From positions 512-64,511 of the forward strand of contig JAUSIS010000009.1 of assembly GCA_030647355.1 (NCBI GenBank): a stretch of DNA of 64,000 nucleotides. The letters are read 5' to 3'. The notes beneath the pieces are model-generated. The model was given only the letters and a program-made list of their open reading frames with translations, was not told where the DNA came from and searched no databases. Position 1 is the stretch's first letter, and every line of letters starts with the position of its first letter. Made by a program: the position numbers and the translations under genes. Below, piece by piece: positions 38,329 through 47,412 of the stretch. This stretch comes from a bacterium. GTDB taxonomy: Bacteria > Patescibacteriota > UBA1384 > VFKW01.

Positions 38329-38345
38329 ATTTATGCGGAGAGAGA

Positions 38346-39029
38346 ATGAAAGAGATTGAAATAAGACTTAGAGATTTGAGGAAAGAGCACAATTTGAGCC
38401 AGGAAGAGTTGGCATCAAATCTTGGTGTTTCAAGGCAGTCAATAATTTCTTTGGAGCGAGGAGAATATTTACCATCATTACCATTAATTATTGATCTGGT
38501 TAAATTTTTTGAAATCCCTTTTGACGAAATTGTCTGTTGCGAAGGGATTAGAATCGAGAAAGGAGGTGAGATAGAGATGGCAAGAGAAATTACTCCATGG
38601 TCACCTTTTAGAGAGGTGAATAGTCTTCATGATGCAATCGACCGAATGTTTGACGATACTCTAGCTACTTCGCGCATATCACCTATGCCAGCGGTGACTC
38701 CCCCTTCTATCAACCTGAGAGAAACCGATAAATCTATTATTGCCGAGGTAGAATTGCCCGGGGTTAAAGACGAGGATATTGATGTTGAGATATCAGAAGA
38801 CTCGATCACCATCACAGGAGAAAAGAAAACCGAACAAGAAATAAAAGAAAAGGATTATTATCGCAAAGAATTCAGTTATGGATCTTTCGCTAGAACTATC
38901 CCTTTACCTGTTGTGGTAATTTCTGATAAGGCGGAAGCAAAGTTGAAAGAGGGCGTACTGACAGTAGAGGTGCCCAAGGCGGAGGCGCCAAAGGCAAAAG
39001 CGAAGAAGATACAGATTAAGAGGCAGTAA
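38346..39029 (+). CDS. XRE-family HTH domain fused in frame to Hsp20/alpha-crystallin small heat-shock protein; internal start at 38577 also likely
   Basis: Residues 1-65 LRDLRKEHNLSQEELASNLGVSRQSIISLERGE (Cro/C1 HTH); residues 78-227 alpha-crystallin domain (PSINLRETDKSIIAEVELPGVKDEDIDVEI...GVLTVEVPK); AAAGGAGGTGA SD 7 nt before in-frame ATG 38577; no stop between. Confidence 0.7.
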   Translation: MKEIEIRLRDLRKEHNLSQEELASNLGVSRQSIISLERGEYLPSLPLIIDLVKFFEIPFDEIVCCEGIRIEKGGEIEMAREITPWSPFREVNSLHDAIDRMFDDTLATSRISPMPAVTPPSINLRETDKSIIAEVELPGVKDEDIDVEISEDSITITGEKKTEQEIKEKDYYRKEFSYGSFARTIPLPVVVISDKAEAKLKEGVLTVEVPKAEAPKAKAKKIQIKRQ

Positions 39030-39035
39030 AACAAA

Positions 39036-39060
39036 AAACGTCCGAACGGGCGTTTTTTGA
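39036..39060 (+). terminator. terminator after hsp20
   Basis: AACGTCC gaac GGGCGTT followed by TTTTT. Confidence 0.55.
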
Positions 39061-39071
39061 ATTCTGTTGCC

Positions 39072-39100
39072 TTGAAAAATTGGCGGATATTTGCTATAAT
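39072..39100 (+). promoter_or_regulatory. candidate promoter for tRNA locus
   Basis: TTGAAA-17 nt-TATAAT. Confidence 0.5.
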
Positions 39101-39162
39101 TTATATTATTATGCTCATAGTTTTCGCTTCGCCGCTTGGCAAATAGAGAATTTTCGCTTTCC

Positions 39163-39195
39163 AGGCAGTTAGCTCAGCTGGTCAGAGCGCCCCTC
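39163..39195 (+). pseudogene. tRNA 5'-half-like fragment (acceptor + D-arm + start of anticodon stem only)
   Basis: AGGCAGTTAGCTCAGCTGGTCAGAGCGCCCCT has a canonical D-arm but no matching 3' half. Confidence 0.3.
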
Positions 39196-39211
39196 ACCTT
39201 TACAGCTATTT

Positions 39212-39285
39212 GGGCTCGTAGCTCAGTTGGTTAGAGCGTTTCCTTGACGTGGAAAAGGTCTGCAGTTCGAGTCTGCACGAGCCCA
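39212..39285 (+). tRNA. tRNA-Val (anticodon GAC)
   Basis: GGGCTCG TA GCTC AGTTGGTTA GAGC G TTTCC TTGACGT GGAAA AGGTC TGCAG TTCGAGT CTGCA CGAGCCC A: 74-nt cloverleaf, CCA not encoded. Confidence 0.85.
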
Positions 39286-39340
39286 CAAGAAAAAGAATGT
39301 CCCTAAAGATGTCCCTAATTAAGGTGAGGGGAGGTCACGG

Positions 39341-39368
39341 GTACAATCCGCCAGCTGGCGGATTGTAC
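39341..39368. other. perfect 28-bp palindrome between tRNA-Val and hydrolase gene
   Basis: GTACAATCCGCC AGCT GGCGGATTGTAC; no T-run follows. Confidence 0.5.
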
Positions 39369-39382
39369 TGCCCACTAAGTAT

Positions 39383-40168
39383 ATGAGGTTAGTTGTGGAA
39401 AAATTATTAATAAAGAATCGCAAGGGGCAAAATATCTCTGTTATTGTAGAAGGAAGTGAAAATCAAAGGGGTCTTGTCTTTGTTATGCATGGGCTCGGAG
39501 GGTTTAAGGAACAGGTCCATATTGAAAATTTTGCCAGTACGTTCTTAGAGAGAAGTTATACAGTTGTTAGGTTTGATACGACTAATACTTTGGGCGAGAG
39601 CGATGGTGATTATGCTAATGCGACCGTTACTAATTATTTTGAGGATTTAAGCGATGTTATTAAATGGGCGAAAGATCGGGACTGGTATATGGAGCCATTT
39701 GTACTAGTGGGCCATAGTTTAGGTGGGATTTGCACCGCTTTGTATGCCCAAAAATACCCGCAGAAAGTAAAAGCATTGGCGCCAATTTCGACCGTTGTTT
39801 CTGGTAAATTGAGCGTGGAAACATATTCCAAAGCAAAACTTAAGGATTGGGAGAAAACTGGGTGGTTGATAAAACCCAGTGCTTCTAAGCCAGGTATTAT
39901 GAAGAAACTTAAATGGTCCCATTTGGCGGATCGGCTGAAATATGATTTACTGCCAGATGTTAGTAAATTAACAATGCCAGTTTTATTGATTGTGGGAGAA
40001 GCGGATACTAGCACCTTACCTAGACATCAGAAGATACTCTTTGAAAAGTTGCCCGGACCAAGAGAATTACATATTATCAAAGGCGCACCGCATACTTTTG
40101 TCGATGCAAAACATTTAGAAGAAATAAAGCGGATAATACTTAATTGGATAGATAAAGAATTAAAGTAG
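39383..40168 (+). CDS. alpha/beta hydrolase fold protein
   Basis: Nucleophile elbow VLVGHSLGG, HG oxyanion motif VFVMHGLGG. Confidence 0.7.
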   Translation: MRLVVEKLLIKNRKGQNISVIVEGSENQRGLVFVMHGLGGFKEQVHIENFASTFLERSYTVVRFDTTNTLGESDGDYANATVTNYFEDLSDVIKWAKDRDWYMEPFVLVGHSLGGICTALYAQKYPQKVKALAPISTVVSGKLSVETYSKAKLKDWEKTGWLIKPSASKPGIMKKLKWSHLADRLKYDLLPDVSKLTMPVLLIVGEADTSTLPRHQKILFEKLPGPRELHIIKGAPHTFVDAKHLEEIKRIILNWIDKELK

Positions 40169-40170
40169 GA

Positions 40171-40791
40171 TTATTGGGTTAATAGTGAATCTATCTTCTT
40201 CCTGTAGAACTTTAGATCGCGAACTCCCTCTACTTTCTCACCGTTTATAAAGACGGTAGGAGTTGCCTTTATTCCTTTAGATATTCCTTCCTGGTAGTCG
40301 CGGTTGATTAAATCAGCGGTTTGCTTGGAACTAGTACAGGTATGGTATTTATCCATATCAAGACCTGCCTCTTTGGCATAATCATCAATCAATTGGACAT
40401 TTTGCATCCAGTTATCATAATTTTCAATTAGTAGATCGTGAAGTTGGGTAAATTTTTCTTGATCATTAGCACAGAAAGCTGCTGCGGCAGCCGGTTTGGC
40501 TTTATCGTGCTGGGATAATGGAAATTGCTTATAAACAAATCGGACTTTGTTTTTATATTCAGCTTTCAGGGTGGGCATTATTTGCGTGGCAAGGATCTGG
40601 CAGGCAGGGCATTCATAATCATAAAATTCAGCAAAAGTGACTTTGGCATTTCCTGGTCCAATTGATATACCTTGTTCGAATGTTTGCGAGGTACTTTTAT
40701 TTCCGGAATAAATCGCCAAGGCAATGAGTAAAATGATAAAAACTATCGCACTAATAATTGAAAGAGATGAGGGTTGATTTCTTGGTGTCAT
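40171..40791 (-). CDS. DsbA/BdbD-like thiol:disulfide oxidoreductase (start at internal Met with AAGGAG SD)
   Basis: N-terminal TM anchor, thioredoxin CPAC active site (FYDYECPACQ). Confidence 0.7.
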   Translation of the reverse strand: MTPRNQPSSLSIISAIVFIILLIALAIYSGNKSTSQTFEQGISIGPGNAKVTFAEFYDYECPACQILATQIMPTLKAEYKNKVRFVYKQFPLSQHDKAKPAAAAAFCANDQEKFTQLHDLLIENYDNWMQNVQLIDDYAKEAGLDMDKYHTCTSSKQTADLINRDYQEGISKGIKATPTVFINGEKVEGVRDLKFYRKKIDSLLTQ

Positions 40792-40913
40792 TTTATTCTC
40801 CTTATTGATTACCAAAACAATATAGCATATAGGGGAATTGTAAACAAGTTTTTCTTGATTGATCTTCTTGCTTATATACCATATATGAGGTATCATAGCT
40901 CTACGGAGAAAAA

Positions 40914-41843
40914 ATGAAAAATCCTTATCTCTCAGTAGTTATACCTTTTTATAACGAACAAGGTTCATTGGAGAAATTAACTCGGGAGTTGTTTGCGGTA
41001 CTTAAGAAAATGAACAAAAGTTTTGAAATAATTTTCGTTGATGACGGGAGTACCGATCGATCGCTTGAGATAGTGAAGAATCTAAACAAAGAGATTAAAG
41101 AGATTGAAATTTTGCATTTTTCCAGGAATCAAGGGAAATCGTCAGTCCTCCAAGCCGGATTCGATAGGGCAAGGGGTGAATATGTTGTAACGATGGACGC
41201 TGATTTACAAGACGACCCCAAAGAGATACCAAACCTATTAAAAGCTTTGGTTAATAAATACGATCTTATATCAGGATGGAAAAAAGATCGCCACGACCCA
41301 TGGCATAAAACCATACCTTCTTTTTTCTTTAATGGCATGATAAGGAGGTTCTCCGGTGTTGGTTTGCATGATATTAATTGCGGTTTGAAAATTTATAAAA
41401 ACGAAGTTGTTAAATCTTTATCAATCTATGGGGAACTATATAGATTTATACCGGTATTGGCGGCGCACAAAGGGTTCAAAGTCGGTGAGATTGTAGTCAA
41501 GCATCGCCCGAGACAGTTTGGTCAGTCAAAATATGGAATCTCAAGATTTTTACGGGGGTTTCTAGATCTACTGACGGTAATATTTTTAACGAAGTTCCTG
41601 AAACGACCACTTCATTTTTTTGGACCATTAGGAATTCTAATGCTGGTTGCCGGCATTGCTATTCTTGGCTACCTAACTTACTTACATTTTGCTTTAAGCC
41701 AGAGTATTGGAGACCGTCCGCTCCTTATTTTTGGCATGATATTTGTTATTGCCGGTTTGCAGTTGATTTTCACGGGATTACTCGCTGAATTAGTAACATA
41801 TTATGCCCAAACTGCAAATAAACTTAATCAAGAAGACAAATGA
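40914..41843 (+). CDS. GT2 polyprenol-phosphate glycosyltransferase (DPM1/GtrB/ArnC-like)
   Basis: LSVVIPFYNE, FVDDGSTD, TMDADLQDDP (DxD), C-terminal two TM helices. Confidence 0.8.
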   Translation: MKNPYLSVVIPFYNEQGSLEKLTRELFAVLKKMNKSFEIIFVDDGSTDRSLEIVKNLNKEIKEIEILHFSRNQGKSSVLQAGFDRARGEYVVTMDADLQDDPKEIPNLLKALVNKYDLISGWKKDRHDPWHKTIPSFFFNGMIRRFSGVGLHDINCGLKIYKNEVVKSLSIYGELYRFIPVLAAHKGFKVGEIVVKHRPRQFGQSKYGISRFLRGFLDLLTVIFLTKFLKRPLHFFGPLGILMLVAGIAILGYLTYLHFALSQSIGDRPLLIFGMIFVIAGLQLIFTGLLAELVTYYAQTANKLNQEDK

Positions 41844-44254
41844 TTAATTGGCTTTCCAATATATTGTCAAATCGTAATTCTTTAGTAAAGAAAGTAGCTG
41901 AAGTCATTGTTTTGATTCTAGCAGCCGTCTTTATTGGAAGATTTCTTTGGAGCGGTTGGCCGCAACTAGTGAATCACATTAAATATGCTAAGGTCGGGTT
42001 AATACTTCTCGGTTTAGTATTATTTTTTATATATTTTGCTTTAAGGTCAATTGCTTGGAAAGTAATAATGGGAACTCTAGGAGCCGATCTTTCGATTAAA
42101 AAGTCCGGGTACATTTGGTTTGTTTCGGAATTCAGCCGGTATATACCTGGAAATGTGTGGTCTTTTTTGGGCAGGGTATATCTTAGTAATAAAGAAAAGA
42201 TTCCTAAGCGAGTGACTAGTTTGAGTTTGATTTTTGAGATATTTTATTTAGTAGGCTCTAGTTTGGGTTTAGGGGTAGTCTTCTTTCTAGTTGGTCCTCC
42301 GGATGTTATAAGACTCCCTTGGTGGATAATATTAATTGTAATTCCCATCATTGTCACTATAATAAATCCAAAAATATTGGGTAGATTGGTTAATAAAGTT
42401 CTTAGGATACTCAAAAAAGATGAATTGAATGTAAAGCTGGGATTCGGCCATTCAATAGGTATATACTTTTTGTATACATTGTCTTGGTTATCGTATGGGT
42501 TAGCATCTTATTTTGTTGCCGCTGCATTTGTTGACATTAGGCATGTCTCTGTTGTCTGGCTGATTTGCGCTTTTGTATTATCTTGGGCAATCGGTTATTT
42601 AAGTTTTGTAACTCCGATGGGTTTAGGCGTACGCGAAGCAATTTTGGTGACAATCTTGAAAACGGTAATTTCAGGACCACTGGCAAGTTTAGTAGCGTTA
42701 GTTACTCGTGTGGCGTTGATCATTTCCGAACTAATCTCACTGAGTATTATTATGCTAATCAAGAAATATTCCGGTGAATGTCACCCTATTGTTAAGCTTG
42801 AAACGTACTGGAGGGGAAACAAACATCAGGCAATTTTGATATTGATGATCGTAATGTATATCGGTTATTTTGCAGTACTGACCTTTCTTCGCCATAGTAA
42901 CTATCTTTCATCTAGATTCGATCTTGGCAATATGGATCAGACTGTCTGGAATACAGCTTTTGGGAATTTTTTCCAGCTTACAAGTCCAGATACAGGTCTG
43001 CAGGTATCACGTTTTTCCATTCATGGTGATATATTTTTAGCGCTTCTGGCGCCTTTTTATCGAATATACGCCTCACCATATGTCCTACTTTTCGTTCAAA
43101 CTGTCATAGTGGCGTTCGGGGCACTGCCATTATATTGGCTGGCAAAAGATATATTAAAGAGTAAGGGCTTAGCCCTGGCTCTAGCATTCGCGTATTTGAT
43201 GAATCCAGGAACGCAGTGGGCAACTATTTTCGATTTCCATAGCGTGACTTTGGCTACCGCATTTTTAGTATATACTTTCTATTTTGCATATAAGAAGAAA
43301 TATTGGCTTTTTGCAATTTTTGCTCTTTTATCCCTAATGACAAAAGAGACGATAGCATTCTCTATTGTTTTGATTTCGCTGTATATAATCATCTCGCAAA
43401 AAAATTATAAAGCAGGAGTATTGGTTGGTACATTGGCTATTGTCTGGTTTGGATTACTGCTGGGTAAAATTATGCCGGAAGCGCGCGATGGGACTAGCTC
43501 TCATTTTGCACTGGGATATTATAAAAGTTTTGGTGCAACTCCAGTTGAAATAATTAAAAACGTTCTATCTCATCCATCATTGGTATTTGATTATATTCAA
43601 GAGAACGGAAGATGGAATTATTTAGGTTGGGTGCTAGCGCCAGCCGGATTTCTCGGGCTGTTGTCTCCGTTCATTTTATTAGCTGTACCTGCAATCGCTA
43701 TAAATGTTTTAAGCGATCAAAGTCAAATGACGAGAATGTATTATCACTACACTAGCGATATTGCGCCCTTTGTTTTTATTTCGACGGTGTTTGGGTTAAG
43801 CTTATTAATCAGAACTCTGCTACGATATATTAAAGTGAATGGTAAACAATTAGATATTAGTTTTTACCAGAAAAAGGCTATTATCTATTTAGTTGCAGTT
43901 ACACTGATAGGGAGTTGGCTGTGGTCTCCCTTGCCACTAGCAAGAAATGCTGATATCAAGGCATTTACTGATCGTAATCCTGCTAAGAATTATCTGGATG
44001 AATTAGCGGCGACCATACCTAAAAGCGCTAGTGTTTCGGCGACTAATCGAATGTCGCCACACTTTACTGACAGAAAGATAAGTTATTATTTTCCCGTTGG
44101 AGTTAACTATGCCGATTATATTGTTATTGAGAAGGGGTATGAGTTTGATATACCTGAAGTGGAAACTTCAAAGATAATTGAGAATTTGGAAGATAGTAGT
44201 AAGCACGACAAAATATATGATGAAAATAACATCGTAGTATTTAAAATGAAGTAG
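41840..44254 (+). CDS. large membrane protein: N-terminal flippase-like (LPG-synthase TM-type) domain fused to DUF2079 (GT-C-like) domain
   Basis: ATGA overlap with GT2 gene; about 20 TM helices; DUF2079-like block RFDLGNMDQTVWNTAFGNFF...SRFSIHGDIFLALLAPFYRIY. Confidence 0.55.
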   Translation: MINWLSNILSNRNSLVKKVAEVIVLILAAVFIGRFLWSGWPQLVNHIKYAKVGLILLGLVLFFIYFALRSIAWKVIMGTLGADLSIKKSGYIWFVSEFSRYIPGNVWSFLGRVYLSNKEKIPKRVTSLSLIFEIFYLVGSSLGLGVVFFLVGPPDVIRLPWWIILIVIPIIVTIINPKILGRLVNKVLRILKKDELNVKLGFGHSIGIYFLYTLSWLSYGLASYFVAAAFVDIRHVSVVWLICAFVLSWAIGYLSFVTPMGLGVREAILVTILKTVISGPLASLVALVTRVALIISELISLSIIMLIKKYSGECHPIVKLETYWRGNKHQAILILMIVMYIGYFAVLTFLRHSNYLSSRFDLGNMDQTVWNTAFGNFFQLTSPDTGLQVSRFSIHGDIFLALLAPFYRIYASPYVLLFVQTVIVAFGALPLYWLAKDILKSKGLALALAFAYLMNPGTQWATIFDFHSVTLATAFLVYTFYFAYKKKYWLFAIFALLSLMTKETIAFSIVLISLYIIISQKNYKAGVLVGTLAIVWFGLLLGKIMPEARDGTSSHFALGYYKSFGATPVEIIKNVLSHPSLVFDYIQENGRWNYLGWVLAPAGFLGLLSPFILLAVPAIAINVLSDQSQMTRMYYHYTSDIAPFVFISTVFGLSLLIRTLLRYIKVNGKQLDISFYQKKAIIYLVAVTLIGSWLWSPLPLARNADIKAFTDRNPAKNYLDELAATIPKSASVSATNRMSPHFTDRKISYYFPVGVNYADYIVIEKGYEFDIPEVETSKIIENLEDSSKHDKIYDENNIVVFKMK

Positions 44255-44264
44255 AGTTTTTAAA

Positions 44265-44293
44265 TTGACATAGGTTAAGGTAGGGAGTATAAT
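44265..44293 (+). promoter_or_regulatory. consensus sigma70 promoter for folD
   Basis: TTGACA-17 nt-TATAAT, 18 nt before folD ATG. Confidence 0.6.
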
Positions 44294-44310
44294 TTTTTAA
44301 TGGAGAAATC

Positions 44311-45096
44311 ATGATTCTATTATCGGGCAAGAAAATTAGTGAAAAAATAGAGAATGAGGCATTGAAGATAGTCCATGTAATGAGAAAGAAAAATATTGTT
44401 CCTCATCTGGCGGTTATTTTGGTTGGTCACAGAGCAGATAGTGAATTATATGTTGCAATAAAAAAGAAAAAGGCATCAGAATTAGGGATAGACTTTTCAC
44501 TTTATAGATTCGAGGAAGATGAATCTGAAGAATCAGTCATCGAGACGATAAACTATCTAAATGACGACCGGCAAATACATGGAATAATAGTACAATTGCC
44601 TTTGCCTAGTAGATTTGACACAGAAAAGGTGCTAAAAACCATAAATAGAGAGAAAGATGTAGATGATTTGAATGGATTGGGTAAATATTCAGGTCCTTCG
44701 TCAATGGCAGTCGTCACAATTCTTGATGAATATAAAATCGAAACATCCGAAAAAAATATAGTGATTGTAGGCCGCGGTAGATTAGTTGGTCAACCGCTAG
44801 CGAAGTTGCTGGAAAAAAGAGGACTCAATGTTGAATCTGTTGATATTGATACGCATGATTTGATTCGGGCTATTCGGGGAGCGGACATACTAATTGCCGC
44901 TACCGGTACACCGGGGATTATTACTGAAGAATTAGTTAAAAAGGGGTCGGTTGTTATAAGTATGGGAAATGAAGTGAATTTCGATAAAGTGAAGAATCGC
45001 GTAGAGGCAATTACTCCAGTTACCGGAGGTGTTGGTCCTATTACCGTTGCACTACTTTTCAAAAATACAGCTGATGCCGCGCAAGGAATTCGGTAG
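44311..45096 (+). CDS. folD: bifunctional methylenetetrahydrofolate dehydrogenase/cyclohydrolase
   Basis: LAVILVGHRADSELYV, GIIVQLPLP, GRGRLVGQPLAKLL motifs. Confidence 0.85.
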   Translation: MILLSGKKISEKIENEALKIVHVMRKKNIVPHLAVILVGHRADSELYVAIKKKKASELGIDFSLYRFEEDESEESVIETINYLNDDRQIHGIIVQLPLPSRFDTEKVLKTINREKDVDDLNGLGKYSGPSSMAVVTILDEYKIETSEKNIVIVGRGRLVGQPLAKLLEKRGLNVESVDIDTHDLIRAIRGADILIAATGTPGIITEELVKKGSVVISMGNEVNFDKVKNRVEAITPVTGGVGPITVALLFKNTADAAQGIR

Positions 45097-45155
45097 GCAA
45101 TCGTTTTTTCTCGAAACTGAGTTCTTTGTATTTGAATAGAAATTTTCCCATTCGA

Positions 45156-46886
45156 TTATCTTAGAGCTTCCTCAAGTAACTGGCTGATGGCCATCGCGCC
45201 AATATCCCCTTTTTCTCTGGATCGAACAGAGATATAAAGTTCGTCTTTGGTTGACTTTTCAGCTTCTTTGGGGCCAATAACGAGAATGTAAGGAATTTTT
45301 TGGAGTTCGGCGTTGCGAATTTTCTTTCCAAGAGTTTCATTAGACATATCTACATCCACTCTAATTCCTTGATTTATCAATTTAGTATATACTTTGCAGG
45401 CAAAATCGAAGTTTTTTTCTGAAACAGGTACAACTTGCATCTGAATAGGAGCTAGCCAAAATGGAAAAGCGCCAGCAAAATGTTCAATTAAAATTCCCAT
45501 AAATCGTTCAGGAGATCCGGCAATAGCGCTATGAATTAACACAGGGGTATATTGCTTACCGTCCTGACCAGTATATTCGAGCTTGAACCGCTGAGGCATA
45601 TTGAAATCAAGTTGAATAGTCGAGAGTTGCCACTCTCTGCCAATAGCATCTTTAGCCATAAGATCCATCTTTGGACCGTAAAAGGCAGCTTCACCGGGGG
45701 CTTTAATATAATCAATTTTCTTCTCAGCAAGCAGTCGTTCAAGTATTTTTTGTGATTTCTGCCAATTGTCATCCGTACCAATATAATTAGCTTTGTTTTC
45801 CTCGTCACGCAAGGACAATCGGATATAATATTCCATTGAGTATCGTTTCATTGCCTGACACACTACATCGAGAAGTTTTGAGAACTCCTCACTAATTTGG
45901 TCCTCGCGACAGAAACAGTGACCATCATCTTGTGAGAAACCCCGTAGTCGGGCTAAACCGTTTAGTTCCCCCGGTTTCTCGTCACGATAGAGATTGGCAA
46001 AATCAGCATATCGAATCGGTAAATCTTTATAACTATGCTTTGACGAGGCATAAATTTGGGTGTGCTGAGGACAGTTCATTGGTTTTAGGTAGTATTCTTC
46101 ATTCGTGTAATGTGATGTTACTTTCAGCATATCGTCTTTATATTTATCATAATGGCCAGAAATCTTAAATAGTTCAGCTTTATTTATCTGTTGAGTGTGA
46201 ACGAATTGGTAACCAATTTTTTCACGCAGTTCGGTGGAGAATTTAACAATTAAACGTCGAACTTCGGTGCCTTTAGGGGTGTAAAGCGGCAAGCCGGGGC
46301 CGACTAAATCAGAAAATACGAACAGTCCCAGTTCCCGCCCTAATTTGCGGTGGTCTCGTTTTTCAGCCTCAGAGAGTTGATGAATATATTTTTCCAATTC
46401 CTCTAAATTTGGGAAAGCAGTTCCATATATGCGGGTTAACATAGTATTTCTCTCGTCGCCATGCCAATAGGCACCGGCAATTGAAAGTAATTTATATGCA
46501 TTTATTTCACTTGTTTTTTTAACATGGGGACCGGCACATAGATCGGTAAAATCACCGATTGTATATATACTTACTTTCTCTTCGGGTAAATCATCAATCA
46601 ATTCGAGTTTGAATGGTTGATTGTGGAAAAGTTCTTTAGCTTTGGCTTTAGTGATCTCTGATTTTTCAAAAGGGAGATCGGCTTTAATAATCTCCTCCAT
46701 ATTTTTCTCTATTTTACCTAAATCATCGGGTGTAATTGATTTTTGAAATTTGAGGTCATAATAGAAGCCGTTCTCGACAGCCGGTCCGATGCCATATTTT
46801 ACATCAGGATAAAGTTTCTTTATCGCCGCTGCCATAACATGCGAAGTCGAATGCCTGAGTGTTTCTAAATTTTTCTGTCCTTCCAT
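45156..46886 (-). CDS. thrS: threonine--tRNA ligase (short form lacking N-terminal TGS/editing extension)
   Basis: Class II aaRS motifs, HRKLGRELGLF, C-terminal anticodon-binding domain; 576 aa. Confidence 0.9.
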   Translation of the reverse strand: MEGQKNLETLRHSTSHVMAAAIKKLYPDVKYGIGPAVENGFYYDLKFQKSITPDDLGKIEKNMEEIIKADLPFEKSEITKAKAKELFHNQPFKLELIDDLPEEKVSIYTIGDFTDLCAGPHVKKTSEINAYKLLSIAGAYWHGDERNTMLTRIYGTAFPNLEELEKYIHQLSEAEKRDHRKLGRELGLFVFSDLVGPGLPLYTPKGTEVRRLIVKFSTELREKIGYQFVHTQQINKAELFKISGHYDKYKDDMLKVTSHYTNEEYYLKPMNCPQHTQIYASSKHSYKDLPIRYADFANLYRDEKPGELNGLARLRGFSQDDGHCFCREDQISEEFSKLLDVVCQAMKRYSMEYYIRLSLRDEENKANYIGTDDNWQKSQKILERLLAEKKIDYIKAPGEAAFYGPKMDLMAKDAIGREWQLSTIQLDFNMPQRFKLEYTGQDGKQYTPVLIHSAIAGSPERFMGILIEHFAGAFPFWLAPIQMQVVPVSEKNFDFACKVYTKLINQGIRVDVDMSNETLGKKIRNAELQKIPYILVIGPKEAEKSTKDELYISVRSREKGDIGAMAISQLLEEALR

Positions 46887-46947
46887 AGTATTTGGCTCCT
46901 CTTATAAAATAATAACAGATTGGATGAGGCTTGTAAATTATATATAG

Positions 46948-47412
46948 CTACACCAGCTTGAGATGCTTATTGAGGATAGCGCGGAATACATCACCTTGAC
47001 TCACTACCCCAACTAGCTTTTTATTTTCCGTAACCGGCAGGCGTCTGATTCGATATAATACCATCATTGACGCCGCTTCCAAAATTGGCAGATCGGGCTG
47101 GGCGAAAATCAGCTCCGTCTCCATGATATCTTTGATTTTAATCTTACCCACTTCGACAGATTTATGCTCTAAGTTTTCAAGATCAAATTCATAAAGTGGG
47201 GTATCCGAGTCAACATCAAATAATTCTCCATAGGTTGGGAAAAGTGTCTTGAGTAAGTCTTTTTCCGAAACTATACCGATGCATTCATTATTTTGATTAA
47301 CCACAGGGAGACCACTGATGCGATTGGCGCTTATCAGCTTAGCGGCGTCTATGAATGAGTCTTCGGGACCGATAGTAATAACTCCGGTCGACATTATCTC
47401 TTTGACCTTCAT
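46948..47412 (-). CDS. CBS domain pair protein
   Basis: Two CBS repeats; 4-bp overlap with glyA. Confidence 0.7.
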   Translation of the reverse strand: MKVKEIMSTGVITIGPEDSFIDAAKLISANRISGLPVVNQNNECIGIVSEKDLLKTLFPTYGELFDVDSDTPLYEFDLENLEHKSVEVGKIKIKDIMETELIFAQPDLPILEAASMMVLYRIRRLPVTENKKLVGVVSQGDVFRAILNKHLKLV

